A stretch of 64,000 bases of DNA from Eledone cirrhosa (Eukaryota), in NCBI GenBank assembly GCA_964016885.1, contig OZ024742.1:330398001-330462000 (forward strand), read 5' to 3'. This document shows, piece after piece, positions 14,695-27,573 of this stretch. Position 1 is the stretch's first letter. Each line of letters starts with the position of its first letter. Below the pieces are notes generated by a model, which worked only from the letters and a program-made list of their open reading frames with translations, did not search any database and was not told the origin of the DNA. A program made the translations under genes and the position numbers.

Positions 14695-16686
14695 ATCATA
14701 ATAAAATTGAAGTCTAAAACCCAAAGAGGGCTCGATAAGGATAAATATATATCAAATATATAAGAACCGTAGAGCAAATATTCATTAAAATAACAGATTA
14801 AAGTTTAAGCAAATAATCGCTGCTTTCACCCTTAACGGGATCTTCTGAAACTAACAAAGTCAATCTGTAAACGCAGAACTGGATATTTCAAAAAAACGTT
14901 GCAACCGGAGGAAGACAGAAAGACGATAATTTGGTTCGTGGAAACGTTCGCTGGCAAAGAACGGGAAAAAACGAATAATACGTCATTAATAGGAGATCTG
15001 AAAAACAATTACGCGCAAAGACAGAACCACGTTTATGGTATAAAAGAGGTCGTAGACTAATGTTCTCTTAGGTGGTGCATAGAGACGTTCTCTGGCAATG
15101 AACGAAAAAACGAAGATAATAAGTCATATGTGGAGCGTGGAGAACAATAGCACGCAAAGACAAAACCACGTAAATGGTATAGCAAAAGTCGTAGACTAAA
15201 ATTCTAACTAGGAAACCAAATGAATCTACGCTACAAAGTTAAGATGAACGTAAATAAATACAAAACAGATGTAATAGAAATAAATAAATACATACACGCA
15301 AACAAATACGTACATACACAAGCATACGCAAAACCTTACCATAGGTATACAAAACCACGCACATATAAATATGTCTGTGTGTATGCTTGTGTACAAATAA
15401 ATAAATAATTATATAAACGTATATAAGTAAATAAATACGTATATAACAAGCGCACACACATACCTACATATAAATACACGAATGTTCGGAGACGTAAGTC
15501 AACTAAAACAAGTAGTAACATATACACACACCCACCAAACGTACGAACCTGCATACTCACGCAGACGCAAAACTCCCGTATACACATAGCCAAACCCTAA
15601 ATACCAGAATATATAAAAATGATACGCCATAACAATCAAATATACGTACAAGAAGGTATACATACCTTCGCAAAAGATACGGGTAATATATACTTACCTA
15701 TGCAAATAAGTAAAGGAATAAACAAAACATATACTTAGCTCCCACATCACGACGTAAAATATCCACCTATAGATCGTACTACCCGTTAGGGTATAACGTG
15801 GGGCTGTAATACAGGAAAGTGTTGTGCAATTTATGTTTACAAGCCGAAATTGCCTCAGATTTTCTGTTTAAGATGTGGTCTGTGGCGTAGAGTATTTCCA
15901 GGGCCTCAGCGGCGCAGAGGTCACATGGTCATTTATTTCCGTTATACAATCTAGCCCTAGCTAGGATCTCTCAGTGTAACTTATATTGGGTGTGGTTGTC
16001 TTTTAGACTCCAGATATAAGCTGAAAGTGACGTCATATTCCTTCTAAGAGAGTAACGAAAATAATGGAAATGCATGTAAAGACGCTGCTTGAAACTATTG
16101 GCGGTTAACCCTATGTAGGCCCTACGGGTCGTGGGTATTACAACCTTACATTTGTAGACAATGTTACTAGAGAGGCATTTCCCGGATAGGGGGCAATCAG
16201 CCCGATTCCTACAATTACAGTTAGTACTAACTACAGGGTTGCACGTGTTCCTACGGCTAGGTAGTTTAGCTAAATTTGAAGCTGTGATGTTATGTGCAAG
16301 GTTAGGAGTCGTAGAGTAAGAAATGTTAATAGTATTTCTATTAAAAATGTTACTATATTTATGTGTAGGGGGAAAAAGCTTCGTAAAAAGGGAAAGAAAG
16401 ATCTTGACTAATGGTGTGGCCACCTCCATAATATAAGGTGGGTTAAACCCACAAATGCCACGGGATCTATTTCTTCTAGGTCTATTTTCGTACTCTGTAT
16501 ATGCTACCTTATCGACAAATCCACTTCGAGCAAGAGCTTCATTGTAATAAGTGGAATGGTCGTTGAAAATGCGCTCGTTGGTGGAAAGACGGGAAAGCCT
16601 CAACGAAACGTTTCTTACCAGGTTCTTGGTTATGCTGGCAGGATGGTTGGAATGCTTACTTATGTAATTAAGCGTATCATTCGGCT

Positions 16687-16690
<4 letters not shown>
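14695..16690 (-). mobile_element. 5'-truncated Penelope-like element (GIY-YIG C-terminus plus presumed 3' region)
   Basis: ORF 15971-16603: RLSRLS, FNPPY, ISYSTTPNL, Cys linker CNCR..CPLSGKC and GIY-YIG IVYKC...YIGLT..FKQR. The 3' extent is inferred. Confidence 0.85.
14940..15212. repeat. Two diverged tandem units of about 140 bp
   Basis: ACGTTC.CTGGCAA.GAACG...CGCAAAGACA.AACCACGT..ATGGTATA...GTCGTAGACTAA occurs starting near 14944 and near 15084. Confidence 0.85.
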
Positions 16691-16771
<81 letters not shown>

Positions 16772-16834
16772 AGTTGAAAAAAAATGAAAACGAAAAACGA
16801 AATTTCATTTCTCACTCTTAGTATGGCACTTACT

Positions 16835-16998
16835 TAAATGTAAGTATGTATGTATACGTACATACATATATGTATACAGACGTACAGTAGCATGCATATG
16901 TATGTGTACCTGCATGTATGTATATATATATATATATGCATGCTACTGTACGTCTGTATACATATATGTATGTACGTATACATACATACTTACATTTA
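16835..16998. repeat. Perfect inverted repeat, 65-bp arms, 34-bp spacer
   Basis: 16835-16899 (TAAATGTAAG...GACGTACAGTAGCATGCATAT) is the exact reverse complement of 16934-16998. Confidence 0.92.
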
Positions 16999-17194
16999 TA
17001 TATATATATACATATATATAAATTCATAATCGGAGAAAGCTAAAAAGGATACTCCGGCCAAATTCCAACTCACCCAACGAATATTAGTAAATACCTGAGT
17101 ATATTCCCGATAAATATTTTGGGTGCTAACTATATTGTATTGTGTGGATAATTGGCTGTATTATTTCATATGAGATATAACAAATATATCCTTT

Positions 17195-17317
17195 CCCAAA
17201 CGACTCGTTTCATTATAAGATTTCTACAAGTTGGGTGAAATTATACAAAGTTATGTAGAAGCTTGTATAAGATCAACAGATACTTATTCAAGTAGGCCCT
17301 TATAAATCTTCAGTGGG
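17195..17317 (-). ncRNA. Type I hammerhead ribozyme motif, downstream copy
   Basis: Minus strand: CCCA-CTGAAGA-tTTATAAG...CTTATAAt-GAAA-CG agt CG-TT-TGGG. GUU triplet; near-palindromic stem III AAACGAgTCGTTT. Confidence 0.8.
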
Positions 17318-17890
17318 TGCCCAATAACAATAGTATTGATAACCAAATCAACATCAATATTTAGCGATAGTCACCATCAGTGCTTGAGGGGACTGCAAGG
17401 TTGTTAGTCTGGCAGTTCTAAAGAAAAGCTCACACTGTCCCGAAAATGGGAGGAAGGAGGCTACCGCCAAAAACAATACATGCGCAGGTCGTTAAACTCT
17501 GACAAACATTCAAGCCACGTGCTAAGAACTCAATTGGATGTCAAAAAAATGACCATATGTGCGCATCGCTTTATGGCACATATAGATATTTTCTCGGGCA
17601 AAATAACAGAATAAGATACAAGAACAGACAATCAATATTCATATAAAAAATAAACAAAGAGAGTCATATCTTATATTGGGAAAGTTCATATCTGTTGCTC
17701 CAAGAGTAAATATATAAATACATAATCGGAGAAAGATAAAAAAGATACTCCGGCCAAATTCACATCACTCAACAAACATTAGAAAATAATAAGTATTATT
17801 CCGAATTAAACGTGTGGGGTTCTAACTATATTGTATTGTGTGCATAATTGGCTGTTTTATTTCATATGAGATATATCAAATATATCCTTT

Positions 17891-18032
17891 CCCAAACGAC
17901 TCGTTTCATTATAAGATTTCTACAATTTGGGTATACCAAGACTTCTACAATTTCGGTATACCAAGTTATGTAGAAGCTTGTATACGATCAACAGATACTT
18001 ATTCAAGTGGGCCCTTATAAATCTTCAGTGGG
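17891..18032 (-). ncRNA. Type I hammerhead ribozyme motif, upstream copy
   Basis: Same core and stems as 17195-17317. The stem II insert is longer and carries an internal TTCTACAATTT.GGTATACCAAG duplication. Confidence 0.8.
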
Positions 18033-18045
18033 TGCCCAATAAATG

Positions 18046-18122
<77 letters not shown>

Positions 18123-18193
18123 CGTAAAATAAGAAAATCTTTTTAAAAAAACTTTTTAAAAAGATTTTTTACTTACTTACTTAAATTTTCACT

Positions 18194-18259
<66 letters not shown>

Positions 18260-18331
18260 CGAAGCAAATGTGGTAAGGAACCAGGTGGACCAACGCACCA
18301 AAGTACTCAATACTAAGGGTAGTTGAGTTGG

Positions 18332-18388
<57 letters not shown>

Positions 18389-19959
18389 ATGTGTATTTAT
18401 GTTTTCCTTGCATATAAGGTGATACAATTAAGTTGGATTTCTTCGGGCGTGCCTAACCTGTTGATTAAAAATTAACATGTCTACTTTTGAAACGGATATG
18501 GGTATCCTAAACATATTGAAGGTATACGGTACTTCAACTAAACCGATATGACATAATCTTTTTGAACACCCTAAATTCCCAATCTTCAATAGTTAATCGA
18601 CTTCAAATTCATAAATTTGCTTTCAGGCTTTCCACTATATTGTCTACCTGAAACCTCTGTTACCATGTGTTAATTCGATGATCCCTTAACACGTCTAAAT
18701 GTTTTTTAAGTCAGATTGAATCTATATGATGCTCAACGTTTCAGAGTACGATTTCCTTCAACCGTTATTGTAGATTCGACATATAAGTATTTCACGTAAA
18801 GTGATCGTACATCATATTTATGAGATAACAAATCTTAAATTATCGCCCGAACAAAGTCGGGAAAGTTTGCAAAGATATCAATCATCTATTTGGCTTGTTC
18901 GGAAGAATGGACGCAAAATATGAATCTATTGTGCCACGTACAATAATTGTATAAACATTTTACCGTGCGTGTGAAATAGGAAATCACGAGAAGGTTTAGG
19001 CAAAAGAAAGTATACGTTGTTGAAAGGAATACAGCTTCATACGCGCATATGGTAAGCCAAATATTGTCCTGAAATCATATAACCACATACTATCCACATT
19101 TGTAATTTTGGAACCAGCTTTTGGACATCAGAGAAGTATAATTACCAAAAGTCAATTCGGAAATGGAATTGGCAAACATTTTCGGTTTATGTCATATTTG
19201 TTTTTCCTGAACTATATAGTGTCATTATATATAGCCTGTCACCTGATGTCGACATTATTTTCCTGGAAATTTAAGTTAGAATCATTATTTAAATAAGTAT
19301 CAGAACTTATCATTCTAAAATAGTAATTTGTGTATATTTGGAATTAGATAACATACGTCATAAGGAATATGTACGTACGTTACATCATATACCACGAAAT
19401 TCCAATGACACTTGACTAGAAAAGATACAAATATCAACATTGGTAGCAATTGACATTGAGCAAATTGCCAAAGTATAATGCACTACACTATACATGTTGT
19501 AACTGTTCTGCATGAGAACAGGTCGTAGGTGGTGGATAGCGATAAAGCTACAATATATCATGGCTAGTTGCGATATAACCGGGCACTTGCCGGGCGAATT
19601 GGAATCCCCTGATGAACAGTAGTAAACTGCTTGGGGAGATAGTGCAATGGGTGACATATTTAGTTCCCAGGAAAACACTCAAAGTCAAGTTATGTAACTA
19701 GGAGGAGGCGCGTAAAGTCCGTCTCTAACAAGGCCCAATCTTTTGGGACCAGGGAAAGTAACAAATTGGTAATTGGCACGAAGACAACCAGAAAACAATT
19801 CAACATAGCTAGACACAACAACATCAGTCATACTCCATCGTCTTTGCGCGAGCTAACAAGGGACGCTATCAAGTCTTAGATTGAGGGGCCACTTCGAAAG
19901 ATATATTCTAGTCTCCATTTCATGTCTTAAAAACGGCCTAATGTACTGCAACTTGTCCT

Positions 19960-20450
19960 GGGATGCATGGGATGGATTCAGAAAGATTACGTATCCTAAG
20001 ACCCCAAAGAAGACTCAAAAGCGAGCAGCCTATAGAAATTAGAACCTGGAACATCAGAACCCTTACAGGTAAGGATCAGAAACTATTTGAGGAGGATAAC
20101 CTTTACCGGCTAGATATAGTCGGAATTTCGTTAACAAAGTTCCATAGCACTGGTTACGGAAATGACTGCATAGTCGGGAGAAGGGATACACACAAGCTAT
20201 CGGCTGTCAGAATTTGTTATGGGGTGGATTATATCCCTCATGATGAATTAGATCCCTCATGATACTTAAGATGAAAGACATGTCTTTGTATGTTGTGCAA
20301 TTTTAAGTACCAAAAAAGAGTTTCAATATAGATCCTTGATGAAATCACTACATCCTTAGATATAGTTAAGAATGAATAATATATCTCAATGGGAGACTTC
20401 AATGCACATGTTGACACTAACCACCTGGCTTAGAAGGAACGGCGATTCCA
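19960..20450 (+). mobile_element. Degenerate AP-endonuclease N-terminus of an RTE-like LINE
   Basis: IRTWNIRTL...YRLDIVGIS in ORF 19963-20262, and GDFNAHV encoded at ~20392-20412. Confidence 0.75.
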
Positions 20451-23146
20451 AGCTAAATATATTCTGAGTAGAGCCTATGGATTTCTCGTGGTTTTGAATT
20501 CGTTATGTAACCTCCGGGAATTGCTGGTGATAAAGGTAGTTTGTCGTTTTGTTTAAAAGAGTTAATTGACATGCAGTGTTGAGTCACATAGGTACGGAAA
20601 TTTCTGCTTTTGCAGTATGTTGTTGTGGATAGTCTGGTGACGGTTATGTGTGATAACGCTACAGAATGTGATACAATAGTGACGAAATCCTTTTTTTTAT
20701 TTTAGTGTCAAGTCAAGTAACAATAGGCAATGATAGCATAGCATATGTTTTTGCTATGAAATTGAATTCACGACTATATTTCAAATTTTGTATGACTAAA
20801 ATTGTTTTGTCTAATATAGCGTTTTCACATAGAGTCCGCGCCCTGAGTACAGTAATTTTTCAGATGCTAAATTAATCATATGTATATTCATATATAATAT
20901 TTTCACGCCCTGAATCATATTCATTTTTATACATGCAGATGTAATGTATCAGGATTAGGTTTTATGTGGTAGATGCAAACTTTGTTTTGTGTTCCTTTTT
21001 ATTGGGGTTGTTAACGCCGACTATGTTCGAGTAATGTCTTATAAAATCGCATGTGTCCTTATCAAACAGCGATATATAGAGTATCGCCTAAGCTGTAGAT
21101 TTCCAGAAGTCATTTCTTATACATCTTTCATAAATATGATTTATATTTACCAGAACAATTACCCAACCTTTGGTTGATGCTGTATAAAATGTCTACTGCT
21201 TCTGTAGTTCATGTTGCATGAGAATATTTGTGCATTTGCAAGGTTCCTGTTGTGCACACATGTTTGTGTAGTTTGTTGTTCATATTGTGCAGGGGTTGCG
21301 AGGTCTTTTAATTCATGCTGTGTAAATAATTTGACACATTCTGTGGTTTTTGTGTCAAATTTATTGCAAATATTCAACTATTATCTTCTTTATTTTCATG
21401 ATATTTCCGTGGATGTTTGGTGACTACTGACTCTATATATCTGTACTAGATTGTTGTATTATATTTTGGCTTATTCCTAGATACTGATCCTTTAAGACGC
21501 TGGCTATTCTTTGTTTTGAATGTGACTTTTATATAAATACTGAGTTGTACTATACTGTTTGCCATACGTTTATAATAATGTCTTTATGTTATTGTTTTAG
21601 CTGTCAATATATACTGTTACATATGAGATTTGTTTTCACTTAAATAATATCATTCAACCCAAAGCATTTTCCTGTTATTTATATAATGTCATGTTTTATA
21701 AATATTTTTTAAATGTACTTATTTATTAGTTTGACTGGCATGTAGTTATACATTTGTGGAGCAAGTGGTTGTCAATGGGATGAAATCATAAATGTTTTGT
21801 TGTTCATGTGGGCAAGTTCATGACATTTTTTCAGAATACAAATATTGCATCATCTCCTACGTTGTGCTATGTTCAATTGGAAATCTTTATTAGTGTTTGA
21901 GAAATTAGGATGATACTTGACATTTAATTTTACAATATCGGCAGTGCTATCTATATACTGAATGCATGATTTATGCACCGTATGAAAACTTTACTAAAGT
22001 ATAAGCTGTCATATTTTATCAAATGTTAAATTAGATGTCTGTTATGGCTACAAAAATGTTCCCTCACGTAAGAGTTTTATTTGATGAATACATTTGTTGA
22101 TATATATAAAAGTATAAAGGTGTTTTTTAGAACCTTTATATTAAATCCTATCATTGCATGTGTTGCTATATTTGTTTGTTTTGTTTACAAGATTTATTCA
22201 TGCGTGTGAAATACAGAGATCTGAAAACTTTGTAAAGGTATGAATTTGACAACAGGGATAAAAGAGATTTGTTTCTGTTTCATCGTAATTGTTGTTCTGT
22301 GAAATTCAATGCATTTATGTGAAGCTTTCGTAAATATTGCTGTTTGATTGTAACAGTGTGACTATTATATTAGAAAACACTTAACCGTTTTGAGGTTTTA
22401 AAGTTATTTCCATGCAGTAGCATCGATTTCCAATATATAATGCATGTGTCTGATTACATGTTTCTTTGAGCGCTGCAGAGTCCAAACGTAGTCGACGAAT
22501 CAACAGTCACGTTATGACAATCCAATCGCTGGTCCGGTATAATATATTCCGAGCTAATTTAAGCAATATACTAACATCTTTACTGCTTGAGGGATCATGC
22601 AAATTTAGCAGATACAGGAGTTTTAAATATGTAATTGTTTGTTCGCGCGTGTGTGTTACCCTGTAAGTGTGAGTGTGTGTGTGTGTGAGACTGTTTGTCT
22701 CTACGAATTGGTATCTGCGTATTTAAATAGAAGCCAACTACATTTTAAACGCCCTCTCTCAAAAGTTGTACAAAGTAGATACAAGTATTCAATTTTTTTA
22801 ACAGTATATACATTTCATTTTCTCCAAAAGATTCAATCCAGAAATTTCCAAATAGTTATGTATTTTACAATCTATTGTAGTGGACACCAAATGACCGATT
22901 ACATGAATCGTTCACTTTAACATCCAAAGGTCTCGATATCGCTCCCACAGGTTGGCGTTATGGGTACGTATCAATTACAATTGTCTCGTTGAATACACAG
23001 CCACAAGCACGTTGATTTCCTTAAATATCGGTGGACTTCCATTCAAAGCAATACTCATTGATAAGAATGAGCTTTATAATTATAAAGGCGCATCTTTCAG
23101 TATTATATATAACCATTTCAATTTGCATGCTTTCTACAATGAAATA

Positions 23147-23359
23147 TCTTCTTCTTCTTCTTCTTCTTCTTCTTCTTCTTCTTCTTCTTCTTCTTCTTCT
23201 TCTTCTTCTTCTTCTTCTTCTTCTTCTTCTTCTTCTTCTTCTTCTTCTTCTTCTTCTTCTTCTTCTTCTTCTTCTTCTTCTTCTTCTTCTTCTTCTTCTT
23301 CTTCTTCTTCTTCTTCTTCTTCTTCTTCTTCTTCTTCTTCTTCTTCTTCTTCTTCTTCT
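23147..23359. repeat. (TTC)n/(GAA)n microsatellite, about 70 units
   Basis: Pure trinucleotide run. Confidence 0.99.
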
Positions 23360-23755
23360 AGCAAGCTTGTTGAAAGGTGGGTGAATGTAGCGAGAATGGT
23401 ACGAGTGAAAGGGACCGCTCTGAATATACGTCTGTAGTTTGAGTAATGGAATATTTGAGAGAGGTCACTTGGCCTGGTGGTCAGGGTGGCCGTGGTCTGT
23501 TGTGTGGTTTTCGCCACGAGTAACCCTCGGAGGTTTTCCCCCCTGTTGGGGAATTTTTCATAGTTTGCATTTTCATTTTCATTGTTTATATATATATATA
23601 TATATATATTTCTATGTCTTTTTTTTTATTTTTCGTTTCATATATAAATAATAAAAATCTTTACACGGACAAAACCCACATCGTACCGTCCTGTACCGTC
23701 CTGTGTCGTCTGTAATGTTTTTCGTGATGTCAGCCATTGTGACCAATAAAGAAAT
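23354..23755 (+). mobile_element. 3'-terminal fragment of a Tx1 LINE (copy B subfamily)
   Basis: Encodes SSKLVERWVNVARMVRVKGTALNIRL*, matching the ORF2 end of copies A and B. The following UTR matches 34051-34107 (GTCAGGGTGGCCGT). It ends in CCAATAAAGAAAT, like copy A. Confidence 0.88.
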
Positions 23756-23760
23756 AATTA

Positions 23761-23807
<47 letters not shown>

Positions 23808-23808
<1 letters not shown>

Positions 23809-26800
23809 AGTTGCATTTATCTTGCTTTATGTTCATACGAGTTATCACCAAGTCACAACCAGTGACCTCAAGAGACAACAAAGTCCGCATGTACAATAAA
23901 GAACATACATACACACACATGCATCTTTAGGTATTTAGACTTGTGATGTATTATATTGACAGAATTTTCCTTAGTATATGGGCAGTTCCCAATAGTACTC
24001 ACTTTTGTATGTCTCCTATACGCGGGTTTCCTGGGATTTGCGATAAGTAATTATTAGAACCCTTAAGTATCATTCCTAGTGCGCCTACAACCACTGGTAT
24101 TGTTTTAGTTCTCAATTTCCACATTTTCCAATTTCTATCTCCAGGTCCATATACTTGCTCAATGTTTCAAATGTTTTTATAGATACATTCTTGTCTATTG
24201 GAACGGGCATATCACTTAGCAGGCATACCCTCTTTTTAAAGTCCTTCAGTATTATATCAGGTCTATTTGCATCTATTTTTCGGTATGTTTGGATGCTAAA
24301 CAAGATTGAGATGTGATCTTTTTCAATTATGGGAGGTGGTTGATTCTCCCACTAATTCTTTTGATGGGGCAGGTCAAAATGCTTACACATTATCCAATGT
24401 ATGTATTGTGCAGCTCTATCATGGAGCTATAAGACTGCACATTGAAATTATATGATGAATGGTCTCTGGTTGTTTTTTACATAACGGCATAATGGGTTGC
24501 ATCCATGTTTTATTATGTTGGCTTGGTAATTTGTTCTTGGCAGACACTGATCTTGTGCTGATATAATCAGTCCTTCAGTCTCTGATTGAAGGACAGAGGA
24601 TGCCAACCACTAATGGTCTAAAGTTTTGTCAACATCAGGATTGTTAGCTCTTTCTGGGTATTTTCCATACAGAGGCTTTTCTTGCCATTTCTTAGCCAGT
24701 TTCTGTAGCAGTTCTTTCTTTGCAGTTACTTTTACCCGCTTTGCTTTTTCTGTGTTTTCCATATTAGCAGTAAATGGGACTTCTGAAATGTGTAGTCCAT
24801 TACTGTATCTTGGTGCATCTTGTGTAATGGAGTATGATCTGTTGATGCTTTCGTGTTTCAAAAGGAGTTTGATCACCCAATCATGTGATTCCCTTAGATA
24901 TGTTGATAATCCAATTGTTGCAGTTTTCAACGCAATATCTAACTGGATTAACCCACGTCCGCCTTCTTTCCTAGGGAGAAATATTATATCTGTATCTGCC
25001 TTAGGGTGATGCATTCTGTGCATGGTTAAGAATTTTCTAATTTTTGCATCGAGCCTACGGATCTCTGTGCTTGACCAGTTGATGACATTGTAACTGTAGG
25101 TACCCACTGTTATGGCAAGCGTGTTTATGGCATCGATCCTATTCCTTGCATTCAATTCCGTTCTTAAGATTGCTCTTACTCTGCGGAAACATTCCTTCCT
25201 TATCCTTTTCCTCATTGTCGAGTGCTATATTCCGTCTCCTTCACAAACACCTAGATATTTGTAAGTTTCCCCTTGATCAAGTTCTCTCATTACATCCCCC
25301 CGATCAAGATTAATGTCTGAACTTTTCAGTAGCTTTCATCTGGTGAATGTTGGTTTGGCGCATTTATCTAGTCCAAACTCAATTTTAATGTCATCACTGA
25401 ACTGCTCCACAGTGGATAATAACCCTTGCAATTGTTCATCATTTTTTGCAAATAGTTTCAGGTCATCCATATAGAACAAGAGATTAATGGTTTTGTCATA
25501 GACTTTATATCCATGTTTTGTTTCATTGAGCATTTTACTTAATGGTATAAGTGCAATGCAGAATAAAAGCGTTGATAAAGAATCACTCTGAAAAATTCCA
25601 CAATTAATATTAACTTCTCCAGCTTCAGTAATATTTTTTCACTATTCAAAAGGAGTGTCGTTTTCCATGTCTTCGTACTGAATGACAGGAACCTCCTGAC
25701 AACAGGAGATATTTTGAGAAACTCTAACCATTTTTCAATCCAACTGTGTGGCAGACTATCGAATGCTTTTTTATAATCTATCCAAGCAATTGATAGATTT
25801 GTGTGTCTATTATGACAATCTTCCAGTATCATTTTGTTAACCAAAACCTGATCCATATAGCCATACGAGCCTCGTTTACACCCTTTCTGCTCATTGGGAA
25901 ATAGATCATTTGTTATCAGGTGGGCATATGTATATTCAGTTAGGACTGATGTTAACATTTTATACATTGTTGTCAAGCAAGTTATCGGTCTGTAATTTTT
26001 GGGATTGTTTGTCTCATCATTCTTCGGAAGCAGGAATGTAATGCCGTTAACTAGCCATGATGGTATCTTTTCTGGCTCCTTAACTATTTCATTGTAAACT
26101 GGGCTAACAGCTCATGAGACTCTGTGAAGTCATTTATCCAAACATCTGGTATTCTGTCTTTTGCTGGGGATTTCCATTTGCTGGTTTTTCTAAGAGCCAA
26201 ACGCAACTATTCAACTGTTATATTTTCCCATATTTGTTCCTTAAGGTGAGCTGTATATTTCATTTGTCTGTCTATCCATCGGGCATGTATATTATGAACT
26301 TTTTCTTCGGCCCAGATCTTTTCACAGTATTCTTGCACTTCCTCCTTGGGTGGTATTGAATTAGCAGTTATTGTTGACTCGCCAATTTTTCTGTAGAAGT
26401 TTCTTTGGTTGTTTTTGAACATATTATTGTCCTTATAGACTCAAGATCGTTTTTCAAAGCGCCTTATACGAGCAGCTCTGGCCGACACTTTTTGCTTGAT
26501 TATTTTTATCAGCATGTCTATGTCACTTGTTGATTATTTTATACTGTATTTTCTTTTTAATTTTCTAAGTTTAGTTTGTTTAACATTTTCACCTAATTTG
26601 TAGTTTGTTAACATTTCTATGTCAGATCGGAAAAGGTTTATTTGGCGATTGATGTTCTCTTGCCAAGATTTCCTGTGGAAATTCCTTTTTTTTTTCATTT
26701 TCACTCCATATAAATGAGTGGTGACTTTAGCCGATGCATAATAGAGATGATTTAAATCAGTAATGTTTAGTTTGTTTGCGATGATAATGTTTTTGAGAAG

Positions 26801-27520
26801 TATGTTAGTCTTGTGTATTTTCATACATTCGATCATAATTTCATCCTTCAAGTTGGCAAGTTCATTCTCATTAATTTCTTTAGCATTTCCGGTCTCATTG
26901 TTTTCATTTTGAGTTTCATGTTGAGCATGCACTCGCTCCACTTTTTCGATCCTTTCTTTAATTTGTTATGTTGTCAGTGATTCCGCCCCAACCCTGGGCT
27001 TCGATGCGTTACAATTTACCTCGTTTTCACTGACACATGTTTCATCTTCCATTCGCTGACTTTGTGCTAATAGCTTGATCTGATCAATTTCTATATCAGT
27101 TAGTAACTTTTTTTTAACAATATTTCTTCGTATATTGGCTAGTTTGTTACTGTCAATATAGCCTCTGTTTTCGGGATGTTTCTTTTTCCAGTTGATATAT
27201 GTTTGTTCTGTATTCGATCTATTTGATGGGTAGTACATGGCAGTGTAGAAAGCCACAAGGACTTCTTTATTGTCTTCCCTTGACCATTGTTCTCTCTTTC
27301 TCTTTGGATTACTTGGTGGTGAGCATGGAAGGCCAACAGTTCGAGTATTCCGGTTATCGGAGGTGTCCATCTCCGAAGTGTCAACCAAGGACGAGTGTCA
27401 ACCAAGACTAGAAGGGTCGTCATCCCCTAGATACACGGCTATTTCTCACGGTCGCCATCCCTGTATTTCTGGGTCATGGGGTTTTCTTTTTTGTTCTTTT
27501 TTAAATTGTTATTATCCTGA
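23808..27520 (-). mobile_element. R4/Dong-like non-LTR retrotransposon (RT + restriction-like endonuclease), apparently full length, inside (TAA)n
   Basis: Fragmented single ORF: EQKGC, WIDYKKAFDSLPHSWI, YMDDLKL, LPRKEGGRGL and RPDIILKD...DMPVP...KYMDL (RLE). (TTA)n lies at both 23755-23807 and 27521-27573. Confidence 0.92.
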
Positions 27521-27522
27521 TA

Positions 27523-27573
<51 letters not shown>

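Larger units (their letters stand above)
17025..18042 (-). mobile_element. Non-coding element with ~300-320-bp direct repeats, each holding a hammerhead (retrozyme-like / non-autonomous PLE)
   Basis: Repeats at ~17025-17327 and ~17721-18041 (CATAATCGGAGAAAG...CTTCAGTGGGTGCCCAATAA) flank a ~390-bp unique spacer. TA-rich tracts lie on both sides. No credible ORF. Confidence 0.85.

Noticed and set aside
14940-15212. CRISPR-like repeat/spacer interpretation of the tandem units
   Set aside because: Only two long diverged units, eukaryotic context, and no cas genes.
18134-18168. AAAATCTTTTTAAAAA inverted repeat
   Set aside because: Short and very low complexity; expected by chance in AT-rich DNA.
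19606-19640. CCCCTGATGA-ACAGT..ACTG hammerhead-like start
   Set aside because: No GAAA or stem III follows.
20480-22450. Repeat-free T/G-rich stretch resembling a long 3' UTR
   Set aside because: No linked coding exon or clear poly(A) site; composition alone is insufficient.
22952-23146. ISLNIGGLPF resembling a BTB/T1 domain start
   Set aside because: Only a short motif; the rest does not follow the BTB pattern and the ORF runs into (TCT)n.
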